Source: Piedraia hortae CBS 480.64 (lineage: Eukaryota). Taken from it: a stretch of DNA of 64,000 nt. Both the position numbers and the translations under genes were made by a program. Shown here piece after piece: positions 10,492 to 22,526 of the stretch. The notes under the pieces were generated by a model, which saw only the letters and a list, made by a program, of their open reading frames with translations, was not told the DNA's origin and searched no databases. The stretch is from the NCBI GenBank assembly GCA_010093745.1, contig MU006027.1, positions 1 through 64,000 on the forward strand, in the 5' to 3' direction. Every line of letters begins with the position of its first letter. The stretch's first letter is position 1.

Positions 10492-12013
10492 ATGTCGCAG
10501 TATCCAGGCCAGGGCTACCACGGCCATCACCAGGGTGGCTATCAATCCAATGGCTACCCTCCACCACAGCAGTACTCGCAATATCCGCCCCAGCAATATG
10601 GCGCTCCTCCGTCACAAAATCCTCCGTATCCGTATGTCCTTGTGCAACGGGGAGAATCCCACCAGTTAACGCAATTTAGTCCGTACGGCGGCCCTCCTCC
10701 CACCCAGGGATACAACCAGGGCTTCGGCGCCCCGGCTCTCTATGGCCAGCCGCCGCCCATCCCAGGAGGGTACGGCGGCGGCCCGATGGCTGGTCCTCCA
10801 CCCGTACAACAGTACCAGCAAGCCTTTCAGCAGGGACAGCGTATGTCTGCTGCATCTTCCAGCCGTGCAGGTATAACGCTAACGTCAAGCAGGATATGGT
10901 AACCCACCACCTCCACCACAGGCCATGCAGTCGTTTGGCCACGGTGCGCCACAGGGATATCAGTTCCAATATTCAAACTGCAGCGGTCGTCGCAAGGCTC
11001 TGATTGTCGGCATCAACTACTTTGGCCAGTCAGCGGAGCTCAAGGGGTGCATCAATGACGCGCGCAACATTTCAGCCTTTCTGTCACAGCATTTCAATTA
11101 CAAGATGGAGGATATGGTGATTCTAACCGATGACCAGCAGAATCCCATGAGCCATCCGACCAGAGCAAACATTATTCGTGCCATGCAATGGCTGGTAAAG
11201 GATGCTCGCCAAAACGACTCTCTCTTTTTCCATTACTCTGGCCATGGAGGTCAGACCAAGGATCTGGATGGAGACGAGGATGACGGCTACGATGAAGTCA
11301 TATATCCCGTGGATTTCAAGAGGGCGGGCCATATCGTGGACGATGAGATGCACGCAATCTTGTAGGTCTCTGGGTGAGATGCATGCCTTTGCTTACCATT
11401 TGCAGAGTCCAGTCCCTCCAGCCGGGTGTGCGATTGACGGCCATTTTTGACTCTTGCCACTCAGGTTCTGCGCTCGATCTTCCTTACATCTACAGCACTC
11501 AAGGTGTGCTCAAAGAACCAAACCTTGCCAAGGAAGCCGGCCAGGGATTGCTTGGCATGGCAATGTCCTATGCTCGCGGCGATGTCATAGGCATGGCAAC
11601 GACTGCCTTTGGATTGGTTAAAAAGGCCACCATGGGCGAAGGTATACGCAAAAGAAATGTGCAGACCAAGACGTCCCCTGCCGACGTTATCATGTGGAGC
11701 GGGTCCAAGGATTCGCAGACATCGTATGTTCTGCTCTATCCATTTAGTCAAGCTATTCTGACACCGTTGCAGGCAAGATGCGAACATTGCAGGCCAGGCT
11801 ACAGGTGCCATGTCCTGGGCTTTTGTTGCAGCTCTCAAGAAAAACCCCCAGCAAAGTTACGTCCAGCTGCTCAACAGCATCAGAGATGAGCTCGAAGGCA
11901 GATACTCTCAAAAGCCACAGCTAAGTTGTTCCCATCCGCTTGGTAAGTTGGAAATCATCATACAACGGCATAAAGCTGACGATCAAGATGTTAATCTGCT
12001 CTACGTGATGTGA
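10492..12013 (+). CDS. MCA1: Metacaspase-1
   Basis: Q/P/G-rich prodomain, [11 protein letters not shown], catalytic FHYSGHG and FDSCHSG. Introns 10632-10679, 10841-10892, 11362-11405, 11724-11772, 11943-11987. Confidence 0.96.
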
Positions 12014-12201
12014 AGTGTTTTTTTTTTACTCGGATGGGATTTTGTCAGCTGGATACCCGTTACAATTTCGCCATTGTGTTGATGTAGTACAAATTTCACT
12101 TTTGCGAGGTGTCATCCCTCTTGTGCAATGATGATGTCATGTATTCGCTCCGCCACTCACCTCACTTCTAACGGGTTCACACTGTGTCTTCCATCTCCAG
12201 A

Positions 12202-12724
12202 ATGTTTTCGCTCATCCGACGTCAACCAGTCAGCCGCGTACTTAATGCACGTTCAATCCATACGACGGTGATTCGCCAGCGCAGCGCCACTGATGCCGCA
12301 AAGGACGCGGCCAAGCGTGTGGACCGCACCGTTTCGGATGCCGCTATCAAGGGCATTGACAAGACGCAGGAATTGGCTCAAACTGCCAAAGAGGCCACGG
12401 GCATGACATCGGGGGAATTAAAGGGAAAGGCTAACGAATTGGCCGATCAAGCCAAGGGCACGGCCCAGAAACTAAGTGGCCAAGCCAAGGGCGCAGCCAA
12501 CGAGATGTCCCGTGACGCGAAATCCATGTCCGGTGATGCACAATACAACGCCAAAGATGTGATGGGTGAAGCTAAAGGCAAGGCAAAGGAAATGTCGGGT
12601 GAGGTGAAGGGCAAAGCCAATGAGGTAAGTGCAACGTGCTAAACGAATGCATCAATGCTAATCGGTATTCAAGTTGGCTGGAAAGGCCAAAGGCAAGGTG
12701 GAGGAGGTGAAGGGTAAGATGTAG
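12202..12724 (+). CDS. LEA-domain protein with predicted mitochondrial presequence
   Basis: Arg/Ser-rich N-terminus followed by 11-mer repeats (GEAKGKAKEMS type); intron 12625-12673. Confidence 0.85.
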
Positions 12725-13026
12725 GTTTTGAGCCATTAAGACCTGTAGTTTAGTCATCTCAGTGGAAACCAGCAATGCAGTGTCTCGTCGGCTTCGCGCC
12801 ATTCGTATGGTTAGATTTTGTTGTTTCGTCGAAAGCAGATTGGTGAACTATTCCAAACATTTTAATTTTGGTATCTGCAACCCTCATATGTATGACGCTT
12901 GCTACATAAGTAGATCGAGTCAGTTTCTCCTAGCCTCTTGATTTGTAGCTAGTCGACTGCAGCAATCGAAATCCCCGCTCACTTCTACACGGGGCTTCTT
13001 GCTTGTCCTCGGCATTCTATGCGCGA

Positions 13027-14949
13027 CTACAAGGCAGAAACGAGGACTGCATGGGAAGAGTAGATTGTCAATCGGAACTTGCCTTTTTGGTGAACTTGAA
13101 AAGTGCTGCAGATCACATTATACGCACCTGCATCTAGCACTGGGCTGGACGCTGTGCAGCTTCCACGTCGGTAGTCTTTGCTGTCGATAATTATGTCCTG
13201 CTTGCGAATATTGGAGACCCTCTCTCCATTTCCGCTAACGAGTTTCAAGTGGATGGGAAACTCCGAGGAAGATGCTTCGAGCAAGAATAATACACTTGTT
13301 GCACTCTCTATAACAAGAGCGAATTGAGGATTGTTACAGTAGGTAGCACTTTGAGCATTTCCGCCTGCTGTGGCACGCGTCCACTCAGATAATATAGTAG
13401 TGCTGTGCGTATACGCTCGTGTGGCTTCTTTCAACTCTAAAGGCGAGTTACTCCAGACAGACAAGGTAAACGTGTGGAGCCGTGGTTCCAGGCCATCTTC
13501 TAGTGGCACAATCGTGTATGGTGTACCGCCCTGGCCGTCCAGTTGAAGTAAGATTTCAGGACAGTCCGAGAACCAGGTTTTGGACTGTGCCTTTTCTATC
13601 AAGACATGGTGGCCCTCTGCGGTGTACGCTGCGAGAGCAATGTGACCGTCCATTGACCTGTACGTTTCGGAACCGTCGACTATCGTACGCCACGGGATAC
13701 CACTGTTCAGATGGCGCCAAAGCAAGACCCAGATAGCGCCATTCACTTGCGTGGTAACAACAAACTGTGGATGGTTGTTCATGCTGGCCCATCGGCCGCG
13801 TGGTCCGGCAGTCACGTCCCATGTAAAATGCATATCCTGTCTATATGAAAATTGCCTGGGGTTCCAGTTAAGGTAGCATACGTGAAAAACTTGCATGACC
13901 TGGTTAAAACCCATCCAAAACGTTCCAAGAGATTCATTCTGATCTGATCTCTCGCACCACGGGTCTTTGACTAGCATCATACACTGGCAGCCTTCCTCAC
14001 GAAGCTCTAACACTGCGTAATCATGCTCTCCGGTCAATCCCATGTCAAGCTCGGTCTCCTCTGTCATCTTGCTTGTGCCCATGGTTATAAGCAAGTTGCC
14101 GGTCATGAATGCACACTCTATACGCCCCCAAAAGTCTGTCGGTTGGAAATCGTCTGACTGAAAAAAGACCTGTTCCGGGATCCAGCCGGTGAGAACCCAG
14201 AGATCAGTTCCACTGGTACTACCCGAAAAATCGTAGCCTCCTCGAAGCTTCAAGTAAGCTTTTTCAATCAAGGCTGGCCATATTAGCCTGGGGTTGTTTC
14301 GATCGACCACATAAATCGTGCGTTCAGTCTTGCTCATAGGAAGCCTATCGTCGATAACGACCTCACGATAACAGCCGTTGAAATTCAGGCGAGCAACGTA
14401 CTTGCCGTTAGGGCTCTTGCGATTAAAGGGGTATATCGTCTTCTGCAAGATTTGTAGGCCCTGTTCGCCCATAGCTACAAGAGCGCTCAAAGAGGCTACC
14501 ACAGAGCAATCGGTTGAAGCATCTTGAACCAGTTCAATTCCCTGGATAGAGAACGATGAGGTTACCTGTAAGGGACGTTGCCAATCATAAAGGATACTGT
14601 TTTGAAAGTCGGAGAGCCCCAATAATGGCTCTTCATACAACATTTGGTCAGCATTCAGCTCGAATTCTGAATCAGGCGGTTGACAGGCCCATGAAGGAAA
14701 ATCACACCCATTTATAAATCCAGACCGAAGGAGGAGGATCTGCTCAGCTTCGGAATATTGCCGGGTAGATACGGGCTCTTTCAATGACACCCAATTCATT
14801 AGATCTATGATTTTCTCTCCCGCCATTGCTGAGCCTGCGTTTCTCGGTGATTGTTGACTACTCTTATTTGTGTCATCGGCGACTTCTACAGTATACATGG
14901 ACGAATACTGACGGCCACGGGACTGCCGTATCGGTCCACTATTAGACAT
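13027..14949 (-). CDS. palB: Calpain-like protease PalB/Rim13, apparently eroded
   Basis: LVQDASTDCSVVASL (catalytic Cys), WPALIEKAYLKLRGGYDF, HDYAVL (His), KDPW in place of KNPW, TAGGNA..Y.NNPQF. Confidence 0.85.
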   Translation of the reverse strand: MSNSGPIRQSRGRQYSSMYTVEVADDTNKSSQQSPRNAGSAMAGEKIIDLMNWVSLKEPVSTRQYSEAEQILLLRSGFINGCDFPSWACQPPDSEFELNADQMLYEEPLLGLSDFQNSILYDWQRPLQVTSSFSIQGIELVQDASTDCSVVASLSALVAMGEQGLQILQKTIYPFNRKSPNGKYVARLNFNGCYREVVIDDRLPMSKTERTIYVVDRNNPRLIWPALIEKAYLKLRGGYDFSGSTSGTDLWVLTGWIPEQVFFQSDDFQPTDFWGRIECAFMTGNLLITMGTSKMTEETELDMGLTGEHDYAVLELREEGCQCMMLVKDPWCERSDQNESLGTFWMGFNQVMQVFHVCYLNWNPRQFSYRQDMHFTWDVTAGPRGRWASMNNHPQFVVTTQVNGAIWVLLWRHLNSGIPWRTIVDGSETYRSMDGHIALAAYTAEGHHVLIEKAQSKTWFSDCPEILLQLDGQGGTPYTIVPLEDGLEPRLHTFTLSVWSNSPLELKEATRAYTHSTTILSEWTRATAGGNAQSATYCNNPQFALVIESATSVLFLLEASSSEFPIHLKLVSGNGERVSNIRKQDIIIDSKDYRRGSCTASSPVLDAGAYNVICSTFQVHQKGKFRLTIYSSHAVLVSAL

Positions 14950-15125
14950 GTCTTGGCTCACACTACACAAGTCAGCAAGAGCTGCCTACTTTGGTTCCGC
15001 GGTTCGCAGTTGTTACGTTGATAACGCCCGAAGAGTCACGTGGCTACCGCCGCTAAAGAGAGCCGAGGCGATGAGTTGCCACAGATGAGACAGCGTATCT
15101 GCTGTTGCATCCACGCATCCAGGCC

Positions 15126-16168
15126 ATGGCAAACGATATTCCCCCTTGGGGTCTTGCCATAGCCGGCTCTACGGGCGCGTTGTTGGCCAATGCCTTGGTC
15201 TATCCGTTAGACATTGTTAAGACAAGGCTCCAGGTGCAGGTGAAGACGGACAAATCTGCCGATCATAGTGATGCCACTCACCGACATTATGAGGGTACGC
15301 TGCATGCCATCCAAACCATCATCCAGGATGAGGGGATCGCGGGCCTATATTCGGGAATGGCTGGCAGCTTGATAGGCGTCGCCAGCACCAATTTTGCCTA
15401 TTTTTACTGGTACAGCACCGTAAGGGGCCAGTACGTTTCGAAGGTTAGCAAGGGCAAGCCGCCAGGCACCGTGGCCGAGCTGTCGTTGGGAGCAGTGGCC
15501 GGGGCGTTGGCTCAGTTGTTTACCATCCCCATCGCTGTAGTAACAACTCGGCAGCAAACACAACCAAAGCACGAGCGAAAGGGCATCTTGGATACTGCTC
15601 GTGAAGTAGTTAATAGCGAGGATGGCATAACAGGTCTATGGCGCGGCATCCGAGCCAGCTTAGTCTTGGTCGTCAACCCGGCCATTACGTACGGTGCGTA
15701 CGAGAGGCTACGTGAAATCTTGTATCCGTCCAAGAAATCCCTGGCAGCTCATGAAGCCTTTTGTACGTCAACCCAACTGACCATGGTCTTCCAATTCTAA
15801 CTTTTGTAGTACTGGGTGCTCTTGCCAAGGCCATGGCAACCATTGCTACACAACCGCTGATCGTCGCCAAGGTTGGATTGCAATCGCGCCCGCCACCTGC
15901 ACGCAAAGGTCGGCCATTCAAGTCCTTTACCGAGGTCATGAAATTCATTGTCGAGTATGAAGGCGTCTTGGGCTTATACAAGGGTGTGATGCCGCAAATC
16001 ATCAAGGGTTTGCTGGTGCAAGGTCTCTTAATGATGACCAAGGAGCGTGTCGAGCTTCTTTTTGTGCTCTTATTCCAATATGTGCGGCAGATAAGGCGCG
16101 ATAAACTAGACAAGCTGGTCACGGCGACAGCACAAAAGATTGAGGAGGGAAGGGCCCTTAAGTCCTAG
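15126..16168 (+). CDS. ANT1: Peroxisomal adenine nucleotide transporter (mitochondrial carrier family)
   Basis: YPLDIVKTRLQVQ, NFAYFYWY, LVLVVNPAITYG; intron 15763-15809. Confidence 0.9.
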
Positions 16169-16759
16169 ACTTATGCATATGTACAATTTTTTTCTCAATC
16201 TTGCTGATAATGGGATACCATCTACTTGTTCTTGCTGAGCTTCAAATCTTCTTCGAGGCCTTTGACGAAGCCGTCTAAGCGCAGGACGGCATCTTGCAGT
16301 CTCTGCCATTGAATTAGCTGGGATATCTAGGAGCCGTTATGTTGCCTACGTGAACATCCTCTGTCAAAAGAAGATTGGAGGTTTTGTACTCGTCCAGCAT
16401 ATACGCATATAGTCCTCCGCCTGCCAAAACAGTGCCTAGCAGAAACCCAAAGAGACTGACATGGGTCAACTTTGAAGCTGGACCGGAAGTAATCCAGACG
16501 AGACTTACGTTCCACGGAATGCTCCGACCGGCTTTCGTGCAACAACGTCTTGGGACCGCGGCGAGCTAGTTTGGAAGCGTCTACTGTTCGCTGGAGTCCG
16601 AAGTAGGTTCGATCTTGCCCAGAACATGGACGGTGTTACTGTAATTGCGCGCTGCATTGACATTGCTATTGCAAGCTTCTGTTAATGATTCTTCGTTGCA
16701 AATTTCCAGTCAAAATAGTGAGACCGCCCAGCTTGTCGTCCCATCCAGGCGCTAGTGAA

Positions 16760-18219
16760 TGCCATCCCGGGCCGATCCGCCCGTTACTCAGTTTCCGTTA
16801 CGTCAACAATGGAGCGGCGGAGAATCCAGCTCTACCAGCGACACCTCCGGCTGATAACGTAGACAAGAACAAAGATAGTGCGGTGCACCGGAACAGAGGA
16901 GATGCCAACAGAAGCGGTCTAGCCAGTTTGAAGCGTCGGAAACCATGGCAAAAGTCAACCTTCCCCTACGAGAGAACTAGGCCGACGGCAAAAGGACCGT
17001 ACCGTTGGCTATCACCCGCACTATAATGACATTCGTTACGATTGCTGGATCGATCGCTATGCCAACTCCGTTATCGTTGTGGACAGGTTTGTGCAGACAA
17101 TCTGCTTCAAGGAGAGCCCTTGCCACCCCCAATATGCTCTCCCGAGAGCACACCCTCCTTCACTTTGCCATGCCACTGAACTGGTATAGTGGTTTTTTTG
17201 TTTTTTGCACCACAATGTATGGTTTCATCGAAGATGACGCCACTTACTACGATAGGCATGTAGTCGTTCTTGGTCGAAGTCTATAGTTGTTTACAACCCA
17301 ACACCTGGTCATCTCCCTCATGCTCTATGTAATTGGTACATGGCTGCCTCTTTGCACTGGTTTAAAATACTGACTTTTAGGTTGAATTTCTAGTGTCCCT
17401 GGCAAGAGGGCCATCAAAGTTCCAGTACATACAGTTCTCATGGACGCGTGATGCCTCGTTCCTGGTCGTTCCAGCACATTGTATGATGAACAACAACTTC
17501 GAGGACATGATCTGGCTCTTCTTTTTGCTCGCTTGCATGATTATCACGAAGCTATATTTTGCCCATGTTTGAGGACCATCTTTGGCCGAACACGATTGAC
17601 CAAGGTAAGCCCAAAGATCACGGTTGAGGGTAAGCCTAGTCTTACACTTTGCTGCTATTTTAGATCTTTGCTGTAACCATCGAGGTCGGCCTGTCTGATC
17701 TTTTGATGCGGCCAAGCTACTTTACCTGCGCCTTCAATTACATAGATGTCACCTTTATTATCAGGCTTAAATGCGAGCCGAGCTCTAACTTCCCACCGAG
17801 GATACTCCATGTCTCGCTGATACGCTTCAACTGTACTTGGCTGTCTACAACCATTACATTCAGTCCCATGCAATTTCAAGCTTTGGTCTTAAGCACATTC
17901 GCCCGGTTAATCGTCGATTTTTGTGGCTCCATTGCATTGGGCCTTAGGCGATCTCACGACATCAAAGAGTTTGGTCATTTAATCCCAGGCCATGGCGGCA
18001 TGATTGATTCAATGGACTGCCAATGTTTCATGGACATCTTCACACGTTTTTTTTTACCAATACTCAATCGCCGCCCACCAAACCATGGTTGGGTTAGCCA
18101 TTGAGGCGCCTATTACGGGCTTGGCACTGGAACAATTAGTTGAAATGATCAAGGATACGACAAAATCCAACCAGAGTGAAGAGGAAGATGTGCCAAGATA
18201 TCTCCGAGGCCAACTGTAA
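16760..18219 (+). pseudogene. Disrupted phosphatidate cytidylyltransferase (CDS1-like) copy
   Basis: Collinear fragments in shifting frames: ITRTIMTFVTIAG, LNWY, FGRTRLTKVSPKITVEG, PMQFQALVLSTFA, IKEFGHLIPGHGGMIDSMDCQ. In-frame TAG at 17284; intron 17336-17380 is still present. 5' boundary approximate. Confidence 0.85.
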
Positions 18220-18417
18220 AAGAATTGAGAACACGTGGGCAGCACCATTCAAGTGCAAAAATGGATGGCCAGGGAATAGAGCCATTTAGGCAGTAACTTA
18301 ATTCCGATGCTAAAGGTTACCGAAAGGCTAAGGACTGAAACCAACATAGTAATACAACAGAATGCTCGAAAGGGTGAATTTGATACTACTCCAACACAAA
18401 TCCCAAGAAACACTGTA

Positions 18418-20047
18418 TTATGCAAGCTCGCGCAAATGACAAAGTAAGCCCAAAGCTGTCTTATCAGTGTTGGGGCTCACTAAAGCACCGAGGATAGCGT
18501 GTGCTGGAGGGATTGAATTGTGATTTTGTTCCGCCGCTCGTTCATTTAACCTCTTGAGCATACCCAGCGCTCGTTGACTGATAATTTTGAATGTTTCCGT
18601 ATCTGCAGCTCCAGGCTTGGCGATACTGCGGTCTAAAGACAGCATGGGAGCAAAATGCATGAGCTCTGCTGCCCATCCATCTTTGCCGTGGAGCCACGAC
18701 CGAGCCAAATCAGAATCCGGACCGGGTACAAAAGTGGAAAGGATATCTGCAGCGAGCATGCCTTGACAGAGATAGGGTTTCCGCGCCTCCAGTACACGGA
18801 GAAGCGTTGCATTTGATAGTGCGACCCGACTACGATCTGGCAATACCGAGATGGCGAGCGCAAACGCCCTGGTCAGCAGTGCTCGCGGAGATTCTGATAT
18901 GGCCAGTGAAGAGCTAGAAGCAGTGAATATGCTCCGATAATACATGCGATTAGGATCTTGTCGTGCCAAGAGTTTTGCCAGGCAATCCACCGCCGGAGGA
19001 AGAAATCGGTGGACCATCGAATCGTAGCGGATGAACCTCAGGGGCTCACCAGTCGCCTTTGTCGTCTGCGCAGCTGGCTGCGGAGCAAAAGCAAGCAGGA
19101 AATGCAAGAGATGTAATGCATCATCCCGGCTCGGGAGCTCCAAGCTCTGGGTGATGTTCGACAGAAGGACAACGACATCTTTGTAAAAGTCGAGTGTGTG
19201 AGAAAAGGACGTCAGCAGCAGATTACGAGTGCCAAGGAGGCGGATGGCGTTGCTAAGCCATTTGATCAGAGAATCAGAGGCCAGTGCACGAAGATTGATC
19301 TCAAAAAAGGAGCAATTGCGTAGAATGGTAGTAACAGCGATTATCCGGTCCGCTGCGCGGGCCAGTTCGTAAGCGGAACTGCCAAAAGGTGGCACGTCCT
19401 GGAGAGTGTTGGATTCGGCTCGCACTCCACGCAAAACTTCTTCGTATGATGCCAGGTCAAGAGCATCAGACACTTCTGCTGCCTCTTCTGACAACACCTC
19501 AATTTGCTCTTCACCGCAATCAATCAACGCGTCCACGAGATCTTCAGACTGTCGCAGATCGAGGGCTATTCGATCGTCGCGCGTGATTACGGTTAGCACG
19601 TCGAGGGCATACCTAACTTCGCTGTGAATGCCTGACGCCAAGCTCAAAGTTATTGCTCGTATGTCGATGATTCCCATCTCGTCCACTGAAGGTACAGCTG
19701 GTTTAGCCCGTGAAATTGTGGCACTAATCTCGAAGAGCGTTGAGATGTCATAGCCACCGTAAAGCTCTGGAGCGTACTTGTAAGGAACGTAATCTGAGCT
19801 TTGTTCCTCTTCGTACTTCATGGGCGCTTTGACTTCAGCCTTGGGAGGCGATCGAGTCGGTTCTCGCGGAGAGGATGCAGTCTGCGAATGCGCCATTCGT
19901 GGTGTTATCTGAAGTCGCGACTGCTCACGTCCTCGTCGCATATAATCGTCAGGTAGACCGGTCTTGGGCAACTGCGCATGAGCCAGCATTGGCGTAGTTT
20001 GTTGCGGAGGCTGCATCCCGGTGGACGCTTGGGCAGCAATCTGCTGT

Positions 20048-20082
<35 letters not shown>

Positions 20083-21021
20083 GGCATGGGCTTGGGCTTG
20101 AGCTTGAGCCTGAGCAGTCTTTTGAACCCGCGTGGCAAAGTAGGCTCGTTCATAAGGATAGAGGACTTGCTGGTAGAGCTGCCGTATTTCCTCAGCAGCA
20201 TGCGGGAGTCCGAACTTGTACGCAATTGTTGGCCACAAATTTCTCTGGTCAACCGCGTCCCGCCCATGGCTTGGCGCCACATACATCCACAGTGCAAAAA
20301 GGTCGATGGGACGGCCGTGGAGGATTGGGTTGGGATTGAACGGTCTTTCTTGCTGAATCGCGTGGTTTTGGAGGAAGCGAAAAAGCTGCTCGCGCTGAGC
20401 CTGATGCATCTGTTGTTGAGCATGATGCTGGGACTGCGGTGGGTGTAGCATCGTCGGGCTCATTTGACCGTTTGCCTGTGCCATGCCGTCCCGCGGTATC
20501 ATGCCCGACCGCCGCAGGTGCTCTTGTTGGGCGAGCCGCAACTGCTGCGCACTAGCCGGTTGGGCAGGATCCAGCGAGGCGCCAACGCCCATCCAATTGG
20601 GTGGCATCTGTTGGGCGACGGTCGTAGGAGTACTGGGCATCTGCGGGTAGGGAGAGGGCGAGGCGGCCGGTATTGGTGGCGGTTGGGTGGGTGGGCGGTT
20701 GAAGTGTGGGGGAATGAGGGTGGGTGACGGCGTGGCATTCGCTGAATTGGACTGCTGCAGCAGCTGAAAGGGAGGAGGGGCATTGGGATAGGAGGCATGG
20801 GGATAGGTTGCGTAGCCCGGCGTGGGGGCGCGCGGCAGCTGCTGAAGTGGCAGCTGGGGCGACGCGCCAAGCCCATCGTAAGACCGAACGGCTGAGCCCG
20901 GGTAGGCGGGCGCGGGAGTGGCGCCACCGCTGCCGTTGGGCAGGGGCGAGGCAAAGGAATAGGAAGGGTACATGGACGCGGGGTCGACGGGAATGCCGTT
21001 GGCCTGGCCGTTCCATTGCAT
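18418..21021 (-). CDS. SWI1: SWI/SNF subunit Swi1/Sol1 (ARID domain)
   Basis: ARID-like PIDLFALW...WPTIAYKFG...LYQQVLYPYE; C-terminal IDIRAITLSLASGIHSEVRYALD and TILRN.SF.E.N. Confidence 0.88.
20046..20113 (-). repeat. (CAGGCT/CAAGCT)n coding repeat encoding poly-QA in Swi1
   Basis: Tandem cctgag/cttgag units on the + strand. Confidence 0.85.
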
Positions 21022-21303
21022 AGTGCGGGCGCAAAGCGCAAAGCGCGGAAGCTGCAGTCCGACACATGGTCAGCGGCAGAAGAGCGGGTACTGGCCGTCA
21101 CTTACGCAGGGACCGAGTCAGAGCCAGTGGGCACAAGGGAAGCGACTATCAGAGGAGACGCGGCGGAGAGGGGAAAGGTGCGGAACGCCGGTGCAACCAG
21201 CGCGTGTTCGTTGATTACGTAAGCAGAGCCTTGCGGAGCGGAGCGGAGTGGAATTGAAGTTGCGATGATTTCAAGCATCCACGATCGCCAAAACCAACCC
21301 TAG

Positions 21304-22222
21304 CTAGCCTAGTGCCCTTGTGACCAGCTCCACCGTAACAAATGTTCCCGCAGAGACGGGCATCGCTCTGAGGAGCGTTGGCCCCAGTCCCTTCCAAAAA
21401 CCTTTCACGCCATCCGCTCTCCAAGTGCTTCTAAAACACTCCCTCATAGTCCCGTACTCTCTATCCGGATACCTGTCTACTTGCATCTTTGACTTGACCA
21501 CGTCAAAAGGGTAGCTTGCAATCCACAGTACCTCGCCCGCTAGGCCGCCGTATAGGGCCACCTTCCATGTTGGCATTTGGGCGCGTGCGAGGTCATTTCG
21601 GCGGGCATCTGATTGCATCATATACTCAAATGACAGGAACCACGCGCCGTACGCCGCTGCTTCACGTAGTAAAGTAGCCGATGTACCCTTGTACAGCCCG
21701 CGAGCGATATTAGGGCTCTGAGAAAGCTTGCGGATGCAGTCCAACGGGCCATTGTATAATCGACCGGGACCGTGGGGTTGTGTTTGTAATCGAATTCTTA
21801 CATGCTCAATTGGACTCGAGAAAACGGTATTTGCAATGCCCGCAAACGCGCCAGACGCATAGTATTGCCAGTATTGCATTGGCTGCACGCCGTTGTGCTT
21901 CTCAAATGTGCGCCGGGCATAGTTGTATGCGCCGAACTGGACGGACACGCAAGCCCCTATTCCTATGAGAGGAGTGAGCGTTCCTTTGTAGAATGCCGTC
22001 GCGCCTTCATTCTTGAGAATTTTGCGAGCGCAATCAAAGGCATTCGTGGGCAACGTTGAAGTTTGCAACCGCACTTTCACAATGTCTTTTTGCGCCGTTA
22101 GTGGTGAAAACTTGTGCCATTTGCGCGAGCAACGCACCAAAAGGCTGCCCAATTAAAACTTGAGCCATACCGCCTATGGCGCCAGCAAAAAGATCTTTGT
22201 ATACCTGATTGCCATCCGCCAT
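21304..22222 (-). CDS. YMC1: Mitochondrial carrier, Ymc1/Ymc2-like
   Basis: MADGNQVYKDLFAGAIGGMAQVLIGQPF|DIVKVRLQ across intron 22137-22086; three PxD/ExxK/R motifs. Confidence 0.88.
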
Positions 22223-22526
22223 GCTGTGCAGAACGTTAACAGGCGTTTTGTTGTAAATTTGTATGCAGAGAGCATGCATACCCACCCAGTCAAAACCTGG
22301 CCACCTTGTACATTCCACAACAAAAAGGTGAGAAATATCTCACAACCATATCATAGTTACACAAGACACTTATGAAAAGTGCCAAAATGATCATACATGC
22401 TCCTCACCGTGCGGACGAGGACAGTCAATGATGCCAGCTGATGGGGCTTCACACCGCGTAGGGAGTCCCCACGCCCTACGCAAAGCATGATGAAGACTTT
22501 GATTCATATGTAGTTCTACTTTAATC

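Noticed and set aside
10841..10892. Internal CAG|GTATAA in MCA1 intron 2 suggesting a nested or twin intron
   Set aside because: The pieces would be 30 and 22 nt, too short, and the first has no branch site.
22438..22471. Hammerhead (CTGATG), HDV-like (TCCTCG) or RNase MRP P4 (AGTCCCC/GGGGCT) identity for the structured element
   Set aside because: No GAAA core, no P1/P3 pairing, and the MRP strands are in the wrong order and too close; kept only as an unassigned structure.
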